Shown here: in pieces, positions 53,060 through 64,000 of the stretch
Layout: each line of letters starts with the position of its first letter
How positions within the stretch are numbered: position 1 is the first letter of the stretch
Source: the human T2T-CHM13v2.0 reference genome, Homo sapiens
DNA length: 64,000 nt
Strand: one strand, 5' to 3'
NCBI RefSeq assembly: GCF_009914755.1
Contig: NC_060928.1
Program-made: the position numbers and the translations under genes
Notes under the pieces: model-generated
The model's database searches: none
Seen by the model: only the letters and a program-made list of their open reading frames with translations
What the model was told of the DNA's origin: nothing

Positions 53060-54836
53060 AAAGGCTTTTTTATGAGAGATAAGTGGGAGAAATAACACAA
53101 AAATATCATCCCAGTGCACCTCTGATATAATAATTCTTATTACATGTTAGATGATGTTATTAATTACAATATTTGCCAATTTTAACATAAGTTGGGACAA
53201 TGTTTTACCAGCACAGTTTTTTCCCCTGAAGAAATCAAGGCTCATTAGACTTTTGCTATAATGGAATTTATATTAGCTAAAATAAAATTACAATTAGACT
53301 GGTGAATATAGTTTCCAGAAAGTATATAATTTAAATTGCTAACATAAAAGACTGATTTTTCTTAAAGTCAGATCTTATTTATATATTTGTTACATCTTAT
53401 ATATCCTGCCTTTTATGAATTTTAAATTTTGTAGCTATTATATTTTAGTAAATTGATGGTATTGTTTAAGTAGAAATGAAGAAAATATATAATAGTTTTT
53501 AAAGCTTTACCTAAAATATACAAGTCTTGGCAGGAATACATACTATTCCCCATTTATTTATTTATCATTGTATTAAATCTTTTTGCTGACAGCATAGGGG
53601 AAATTATGATGATTTAAAGAGTGAGTATCAGTATTTGACAGAGAAGGAAAATGATGATAACATACAAGCAGTTATTTATAACAAAATTTAACTTTAAAGT
53701 GGCAATTGCTTCATATTTGATTTATGCATTTATCCTAGGTGGTAGAACAGACTTCCCCTGTCCAAGGAGTGACCTTTAAAGGTGGCTATTGCAATATGAA
53801 AATATACATTTTGAGAGTACAGTGATTATGGAAATGCAGAAGAAAAAATAGTTGTGTGGCATGTTTTGCAGATTTTTTTTCTTTTTGCCTCACTAACTTA
53901 AATGGTGGTTTGTGATTTTCGGTATTGACTTTTTGAATTATCATTTAACCTTTTCATATTCAGTAATTGGCACCAACCAGTTTTTCTTTGCTGCCCCATC
54001 TTCTACCAGAAACAGCCACACTACCTAAAGTCTAAATAAAACACAAATAAATATGATCCAGAAACACAGCTAATAGAGAATTCTGGACTTTGTGTTCCAA
54101 TGCTTTGGTGGACTCAGTTTGATTTAGAACTTTGTCTTTAGCAATGCAGTTTTAGAAATTTGATTTTATTCAGTTACTCATGGATACTCTGGGTTATAAT
54201 TCATTTACTCCAACCAAACTTTAAAGACTTCATAATATTACTTCATTTGTGAACCATAAGTTTACCTAAAGAAATGCTGTTTAGTTCTTTGTCTATAAAA
54301 CACACGTTCCATTAACCAGTGACATTTTTTTCTAGTCACTGGAGAAAGTAAATTTGATTAAAATTTTATCTGTGCATCTAAATGTTGTTAAATGCAACTT
54401 ACTCATTCCCAATGGGTTGTAGAGAAGTTTTAAAGGTAATATTAGGTCACCTTGTCTGTTTTTAAATTTTATTATATGTTATCATCATTTTCAACCAGTT
54501 TCCATTGTTGATTGAATCATGCCTTATCTCACTGGTTAATGGTTGAGCAAGGATTTTTAGAGTCTTTTTGTGTTGGAATTTTGTTGTCCATATAATGATT
54601 TGTATACTGGACAGCTAAACATCATAGACAGATGTCTGCTTTTTTTTTTCTAAAACTTATGATAAACTATTCTTGCTGACTAAATTTATATTTGGTAAGT
54701 ATTTTGTATAAGTCACTCTCAGGCTTGATGAGAAAACAGAAATAATACCTATAATCCTCTTTCTTCCAGATTTTATGTTGTAGTACATGTATATACACGT
54801 TGTGTTTCTAGGGCAATTTGACTTTGTAATCACTAT

Positions 54837-55162
54837 TTTTTATTTATTTTATTTTTTATTTTTTTGCGAGTGAGTCTCACTCTGTCACTGGGGCTGGAGT
54901 GCAGTGGGGAGATTTTGGCTCACTGCAAACTCCGACTCTCAGGATCAAGTAATTCTCATTCCACAACCTCTCATGCCTCAGCCTCTTGAGTAGCTGCGAC
55001 TACAGACGCATTTCACTATGCCTGGCTAATTTTTGTATGTTTAATGGAGATGAAGTTTCACCATGTTGGCTAAGCTGGTCTTGAACTCCTGGCCTCAAGT
55101 GATCTGCCTGCCTTGGCCTCCCAAAGTACTGGGATTACAGGCGTGAGCCACCATGCCTGGCT
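54837..55162 (-). mobile_element. Old Alu (Sz/Jb-like) with small internal duplication
   Basis: Alu dimer, TSD TAATCACTAT at 54827-54836 and 55165-55174. Confidence 0.92.
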
Positions 55163-55950
55163 TATAATCACTATCTTTTAATGACCTACTACTGATATTT
55201 CCTAAAAACAACTAATGGTCCCCTGTTTTATCTCTAATAATTTAATCACTTAAGAATGGTATACAGAAACTAGTTGTTTTTAGAGATGAGTATGAATATG
55301 CTGCTTTTTTTGGCCATTAGCTGTTTATCAACATTTAACGAAATGTGGATGTTCAATTTCTTAAAATAATAACATAAATTTTCATTACTTTTCAGCTCCT
55401 CTATTAAGAGTTCTGCTCTGATGCTAGGCAAAATATTACAAACTACTACATGAGGGCCCACCTTTCTTTTAGGGAACGTTGCTCTATTAAGTAAAGGGAA
55501 ATGGTGTTATCCCTCAAATCACTTAGGAGTATACAACCTCATAGATCCTTTAGCAGCATATTAAATAGAATATATATATATATATTTTTTTTTTCTCTAA
55601 TGGTAGAGAATATCTGATCTGTTCTTATGAACATTTCCCTGCTCTTTAATATGCATGGGGATATATTCTATGCATTAGGATTAAAAGCACAAATGAACTA
55701 CATTGTGTAAGTAAACTTCAGAAAAACAAATAGACATTCATTGAACACCTACTAGGTGACAGACAACTGGACAAGAAACTGGAGATGCCAAGATGAATAG
55801 GGGTATGGTCCCTTAAAGTATGAAGCTGAAGGTACAGTGGAGAAATATAGAACACAATTTAATCAAGTCAGTAATCATAGTTTTTTCTGTTATTCTACTT
55901 AAAAGATTAACACTCTTATAGTTTTCATAGATTATTGGTGTCAATGAAAC

Positions 55951-56534
55951 TGATATTGGTGGGCAAGGGGAGGCCAGTGGGACCTCTACCCCAGCTGGTG
56001 AACAGGCTCTTGACACAGTCACAAGAAGGAATTCAAGGACAAGTCAGAAAATAGTAAAAGTACAGAGATTGTTGCAAGGGAAAAAGTACACACTCAAGAA
56101 AAGGGAGTGTGGGCGTACTCAAGAGAGAGAGTCACGTGCAAGGGACTTTGGGGCTGCTATCTTTATGGGTTTCTTTAGCCAAGGGATGGAATATTCATGG
56201 AGATTCCTAGAAAAAGCTGGTGATTTCTCAGAACTGTGGTGCCACCCATTTTTACATCAAATATGAGTGCTCCTGGAACTGTCATGGCGCTTGTAGGTAT
56301 GTTATTGACTATGTTAATGAGCATATAGGAAGATCCTAGGTGAAACCCAGGACAGATACAGTGCTATGTTGAGTCCACCAGATCTTAGCCAGCTTGGTCC
56401 ATGCCCTGGTTTTCAGGGTCTTATCTGCTCCTGGCTTCTGCAGCTATTTCGGCAGTTTCCTTTTGCTAGTCACATGAAACTGCTGCCTGGAATTTTCTAT
56501 TCTCTTGCAACCACCTTGTGCTACTCCTGCCTCA
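55951..56534 (-). mobile_element. ERV1 MER4-group solo LTR (MER66-like)
   Basis: TG..CA termini and perfect 4-bp TSD AAAC (55947-55950, 56535-56538); family name from recall. Confidence 0.8.
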
Positions 56535-58144
56535 AAACTGTCCCCATAAACTTGCTCCTTATCAGAAGAAAAATTAAAATACTGTCAGAAGCAAATATTT
56601 TACTTAAATCAGTAAAATGATTGTCCTTAAAAACAGATTTGTTGAGTTCACCTTAATTAGTAATTGGCTGACAATGAGTACGAATTTAGTTCATGTTTGT
56701 TTATAAGCCATGTAACATCTGTGAATTAGTTTTATATGAATTGCAATCTTTTCAGAAAAGAAATAATGTAGGCTTTTTCTGGTTTGGCCTTTTGTTTTTT
56801 TTTTAACCCCCCAAGGAGCCACAGTAGAAAATGAAAAACATAGATCTGTAAAGGAAATGGCATTTTCTAAATACTCTTTTCTCCCTGTATAAACACATTG
56901 ATTGTTAGTTTTTAAATTGCTTTGACTTATAAAGACCTTAAAAATCTCAAAAATGAGTATTTACTTCCCTGGAGATTTCTTCATTGAGTTTAATAAAATC
57001 CTTAGTGAGATTCATACACTGCAGGTTTCTTTTTTTTTTTTTTTTTAACTTTTCTGCTTTTGAAATTACAAGCTGTTACTCACCAGGTGTATTTTTATTA
57101 GTTTGTGTGATTCTGAGCCTGAATATTTATTTTACAAGTCCATTTAGCAAACTATGAAGCTTTTTAAATCTGTAAGAAGAGGGGCAATACTTTCATTGCA
57201 ACTTTGAATGTCAAATGTTTAAAGGGTAATTACATGCTTGAATCATATTCGGAGTCAGGATAGTCAGGACACACTTGCTGATTTGGAACTGAGAATTAGT
57301 TACTTCAAAATAGAGAGTTATTTTTTACCCAAATGTATAATATTGTTAAATAGCATCACTGAAAATTCTGTGAAAAACTGGTCTGACATACATACACGCA
57401 TGCATACATACACATATTTTGCCAGTTGAGCCTTTTCACAAGACTCAGCTACCTAGTTTTCTTATTAAATTTTGCTCAAATGGCACCAAATAAGAAATGT
57501 CAGCATGACTTGTATAACAACATACTTTCAACAGTTTGTATCAAATGATTTGCATTACACTAGAGTCTTGGTTAGATTGGAAAGGTGTTTACAATAGGTA
57601 ACATAAAGCTAAATTCTTAGAATTTGATTTTAAGAGTATATATATATATAATGAGAATAAAGAAAATATGTTTGTAAGATTTGTCTTAGCAAATTTTATA
57701 ATTAATAGTAAGTAATAGTGCAGCAAGAGAAAGCTATATAGTATCTTTATAAATCAAAAGTATGATTATTTATCTTATATGACCACATAGCCTACTCCAG
57801 CTATTGCCCCATCTCTTTGAAATACTCTAAAGCTAAACTCCTTGAGAGAGTGCACACTTTCCATTTTCTCACACCATTTGCTTCCCAGGCAAGTGATTTC
57901 CGTATCTCTAAATTCAGCAGGCACATTTTAGTCTGCCTTTTACATGGACCTAGCAAAACTGGAAACACTCACATTTGCCATCTTAAACACTTCTTTTTCT
58001 TTGGCTTCTGTGATTCCATATTTTCCTCTCTCTTCTGCTTGTTCCGATGATTTTTCTCAATCTGCTTTTATACCCACTTTCTACCCATCTAGCCTTGTCT
58101 GCCCAGAGTTTAAAAGTTGGAGCTTTTTACGGTGGTGTTCTAAG

Positions 58145-58277
58145 TCTGAGAAGGCAAACCTTTTGGTAAAGGGACAAATAGTAATTATCTCAGGCTTTGC
58201 ATAACATATGGTGCCTGGTGCACGTTTGCTGTTGTAGCATGAAAGGAGCCGTATACAATAGGTAAATAAATAGCTGA
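58145..58277. mobile_element. MER58-like hAT-Charlie fragment
   Basis: GGCAAAC..TAAAGGG..AATAGTAA..AGGCTTTGC..GTTGTAGCATGAAAG. Confidence 0.65.
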
Positions 58278-58426
58278 GGTTTCTAGATATGTTATTCTGC
58301 TTCTCAGTTTCTTTATATCAAAATAATTTTGTATGGACTTCTACCAAAATTCTTTTCTATTTCTTACATTTAAAGGAAATTAGTTTTACATTTCCCTAGG
58401 ATATTTTTGTAGCTTTATATCTCTAG

Positions 58427-59028
<602 letters not shown>

Positions 59029-59728
59029 TCTCTCTGTTTTATCTGCTATTCTCAGATTGTCTCACTGTGCTTCCCATAATTCTCTGATCAGATGGACTCT
59101 AAGGGCCATCAGAAGCCTGAATGCCTTCTGCTCTCTTTGCATAATTGCAGATACCTTCCAGATTTTGTAGCTATCAGTGATTTTTATTCACTCACTGGTT
59201 TTTTAGAGCTCATAACGATTTGGAGTTTATAACTGATACTTGTAGAAGCCTAGAGATCTTTTGGTTTGGCTATCCTGTTTTTAGAGGAATATTTGGGAAG
59301 ACTCAAAACTATTCCATTTCTGCATTTTCCAATAATCCTGTCATAGACGTTACCTAGTATATTTATTTTTTAAGGTGGAGAATGTAAATGCCCTAGTATT
59401 CTATATCATTGTATTTTTATTTATTTATTTAGCCATTCATTCACTGATTGATTCTTTTATTCATTCAAAAATGACATTCATTTATTGAGTATCTATTACA
59501 TTACAGGTACTTGACAAAATGTGATTCAGAAACAGAATGTTCCAGATATCATGTCAGGTGCTTTAACAAAGAATATCCCATTTACCCTTCAGAATAATAC
59601 AGTTTCCTGAAAGTAATTATGTTGCCAAAGTTTACAGACAGCTTCAGTACCAGGTCTTCGAGTTGATTGTACAATTGAATGAAATATGTTGCTTAAGCAG
59701 TTGTTTGATGTTTACAATTGGTCACTAG

Positions 59729-60062
<334 letters not shown>

Positions 60063-60070
60063 TGTGCCAG

Positions 60071-60075
<5 letters not shown>

Positions 60076-60123
<48 letters not shown>
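60076..60123. repeat. Perfect (TG)24 microsatellite
   Basis: Directly visible. Confidence 0.97.
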
Positions 60124-60124
<1 letters not shown>

Positions 60125-60507
60125 TGTTTACCTATTCTCTATATTAAAAACTTTACTATGGACGAGCCCCACTATTACTTTTGGCAGGAATTAAAGCAGA
60201 TATTGAAAGGCTAAAGCAAATATTAAATATTTCACATGCTCACACAGAGATACATAAAAAAATAGGTGAGATCATTGCTATTGAAGGCTTAACATTAATC
60301 TTTACTTTTAAACAATTTAGGATAGGAAATCAATTCAGGTTGCACTGCAAGGAAGAAATATTAACTGGTCTACCAGTTGAGCATTGTATTGTTATTACTA
60401 TAGAGTATTTTTGGATTAGATGTAATTGCTACTGAAGTTAATCATTTATTATACACACACTTAGATTTCTTCTCATCAGCATACCATCTGCATTTAAGGG
60501 TGCTCTA

Positions 60508-60660
60508 ATGCCATGCTACTCAAAATGTGGTCAATGGACCAGCAGCATCCAAATCACTTGAGACCTAGAAATGGAGAATCTTGGATCTACTGAATCAGAA
60601 TCTGTATTTAACAAAATCACCAGGTTATCTTATGCATCTGAAATATTGAGGAACATTGTT
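60508..60660. mobile_element. MER5-like hAT-Charlie element
   Basis: CTACTCAAAATGTGGTC..GACCAGCAGCATC..CTACTGAATCAGAATCTG. Confidence 0.75.
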
Positions 60661-60936
60661 CTAATGTGTCAGTGCTTAGATTCATCAGGAATAGGAAGAA
60701 AATAAATAACATTAACTACCAAATTCTTTTTTTTTACTTAGCTACACTGAGAATAATTAACTGCCACATTTTAAATACATTATTAATATATTTTAAAAAT
60801 AGATATCTAGAACCTATTAATATTTGAATATTTGTGTGAATTTTTTATTTAGCATTTTAAAAATTATATGCAATATTTTCCACCTAGCTCAATGTTTTGG
60901 CAGAGCTTTGTTAGTATAGGCATTAGACATCATTTG

Positions 60937-61083
60937 GGCTGAGCACAGTGGTTCACGCCTGTAATCCCAGCTCTTGGGGAGGTCAAAGTGGGAGGATCAT
61001 TTGAGCCCAGGAATTTAAGACCAGACCGGACAACATAGTGGAACCCCATTAATACAAAAAACAAAAAAACAACAAAGAAAAAG
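60937..61083 (+). mobile_element. FLAM_C-like Alu monomer
   Basis: Left monomer only, followed by A-rich tail. Confidence 0.85.
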
Positions 61084-61643
61084 GAATCATTTTGTATTAC
61101 TTTAATAGTAGTAAAACTCATTTGATTTAAAGAGAATTTTTTTAAAGAACTATATTGTTTACACTTAGCACAGACAGCCACTAAATAAGGTTGTGCAGTG
61201 CTCAAGGAGGGGACTATGGGCAGCTTTGTCACATCTATACCTACACTGGCTCATAGCTAGAATGTAAGCACTATAAGTACAGGGATCTCTTTTCTCCATA
61301 TACATTAATGATAGAATACTGCCAGGCAAATAGTAGTTCAATAAATATCACTGAAACTTTTTTTTTCTTTGTATGTGAAGAGTCACAGATGACATTGTAA
61401 AATGATACAGGAAGGCAGCACACATTAAAAAAATAAATCAATGGGAATGATACTTTGCATAACTTATATTTTTAAAACTCAGATGCTTTGCTTTGACTTG
61501 AGCAAATCCTATTAATCACATTAATTACAGTTTCACAGATGAGGAGATGGAGACTGTAGTTAAATGACTTGAGTATCATATGTCTTGACTATAATATGCC
61601 TTGATTGTAACATAACATACAAACTAGAATGTGTTGACACTAA

Positions 61644-61967
<324 letters not shown>

Positions 61968-62489
61968 TAATATTCCATTTTTATGAATACTTTACATCTT
62001 CTCCCTTTAGTGAGAGTTGCGATAATTAGCCTATTTGCAAGATAGCAGGGAGGATTAAGTGTATATACTGTAATTGAGAAAAACATACTCATGGCTCATC
62101 CATGTTAATGGCTTGCCCTTGTTTCCATCATCTTCTGTCTGATTATTGTACTCTAGAGGCAACCAGGTATTCAAGTGTGTGGCAACTGTGGCCTTCGATG
62201 TGTATTTGGAGTCAGTCTGTACCTTGACCTTGATTACTCTAAATGAGGAGAAAGCTATGACTTAATGGCAAGTACATTGGCCTGAAAATTAAAGACCTGG
62301 GTCTAATTACCCTGATAATTGAAGATCTGGCTTACATCCCAGTTCTGTTACTGATGCTGCATTGAATTTAGTCTTTTCACTTAATCTTTTTCACCATTGT
62401 TTCTTTTTTGATGGAATGAGGAAAATTCTAGCTACCTTACATGGTTATTGTTATTAAATTTGAATGAAACTCATTTGAGGTATATTCTT

Positions 62490-63950
62490 TTAGGAAGACT
62501 GATGAAAACAGAATTTCCAAAGTCCCTAGGTGTTGAAAACGCTTTTCTTTATCATTGATATGTAGTGAATTTTCTCGTTTGTTCTCTTGCTTCGTATATT
62601 GGTTTTGAAAAGCCTGCTGCTAATCTGATTATCTCATCTTAGTAAATTATTTGCCACTTTTGCCGGGAGGCCTTGATGATTTTATCTTTAACTTTGAAAT
62701 CTAATTGTTTTAATAGGATATGTTTCAGAGTAATTTTCTGAGTTAATTTTCCTCAGGTGAACCTTTTTAAGTTTAGATTGTTGTCTTGTTCTTTCTCTGA
62801 AAGGCTTCCTTAAGCTTTACACTTGTAAACATTAGCTTTGTTGCATTGTTTTATTTTTCTTACATCAAGTTAATATTTTATAATTTAAATACTAGTTCTT
62901 TTTGCCTGTCTTCCATTTCCATTACTTTCTCTCTGACCCTTTTACTTTTTTATATCTTTTTCGTTTTTAGGGGCTTCTTTCTTGCCTTTCTTCAATGAGG
63001 CTTTGTGAATTTTCATTCGAGTTTTTTCTCATTTGGACATTTTATAATGTATTCTTCATTTCAGTGATAATTTTGTTTTTTTCTTCTATTTCTTTCCTGA
63101 GGTCAATCAGCTCTTTTCCATTTGTCCGTTTTTTCCACTTTTGTTTGTAAATTTTGAATTTCTGATTCGATAGTTTTTAAAAATATCATGTGTCTTATTT
63201 GCGTATATTTAATCCTGCATTGTGTTTTAACTTAATTTTCTTCTGCTTTGTGGTTGCTTTGTATGAAGGAATTATCAGTTGGTATGTGTGGAATTTAGCT
63301 TCCTACTTTTCTGCAACAGCTGTGTAAGGACTTTTCTTCACTTTTATCTACTGGGGTTTTATACAACAGTGCTAGTTTAGTTGTTCCTTCTTCTTTCAAT
63401 ATAGCAAATCTAGGTACTTTAGAGGATCTTTGTTATGGTAGTGGGGAAAGGATTGTTAACCCTCCAGTTTTATGATTTGCATTTTATCTTGCAAGACCCT
63501 AAATTTTATTTTCTTATTGTCTCTTCTTTATCATCCAGTAGCCTGTACTTCTCTCACCATTTTTTCTCTTTTCTGTTTTCTAAGAGCTCATCTTTAAATT
63601 GCATCTACTGTATCTCTTTAAATCATGTCTGCCTTGAAAATTATGTTTGTCTCTTTAAAAGGGATGGGACCTTTTAAATTGTGCTTACTTAGAAATTTCT
63701 TTCCCGTTGTCCCTGCTCTGATCTGCACAGATATCTTTTCATTCTTTTCAGATATAAGGTGGATTTTATTTTTCTAGTTATTGTTGTAAGTCACTCCTTC
63801 TTTTGTTTTCCCCATTGTTTGCCTGTGAGTAGGGATGGGGCTGGGGGTTGCAGCAGGAGACATGATGCTCTGGGATTTCCTGATTTTCCTCTTTTCACTC
63901 ATAGTTATGCAGTTTTGATATTCTCTATATAAGATATGCTTGAATAATTT
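62490..63950 (-). mobile_element. Ancient L1M/HAL1-like ORF1-region relic
   Basis: Very T-rich tract with antisense L1-like motifs (AAAGCCTGCTGCTAATCTGATT); no open frame. Confidence 0.5.
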
Positions 63951-64000
63951 ACATAGAATTTAACTTTTAATTTAATTTACATAGTATTTAATTTTCCTAG

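Overview
AT-rich, repeat-dense primate (human-like) non-coding DNA. I recognise no host protein-coding exon, and nearly all long ORFs in the track are LINE-1 or Alu remnants. Contents: a full-length but dead L1PA4-like element (5014-11163, minus) nested in the tail of an older L1, two twin-primed 5'-inverted L1s (15151-20160 and 52041-53059), a short L1 3' fragment, about 19 Alu/FLAM copies, a MER41-family LTR with internal ERV sequence, MSTA and MER66-like solo LTRs, MER44/MER47/MER5/MER58/MER63-type DNA transposons, MIR/L2 relics and microsatellites. L1 and LTR orientation suggests an intron of a plus-strand transcript. I found no wholly new biological system. The most notable signals are: (1) two neighbouring L1s of different subfamily character share many private mutations, including the same ORF2 nonsense codon; (2) an open, extended antisense ORF0 carries a perfect in-frame splice donor; (3) a solo LTR holds tandem GAS motifs; (4) an AluY/AluSx chimera has intact TSDs. 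Subfamily names come from recalled consensus sequences, not from a database search.
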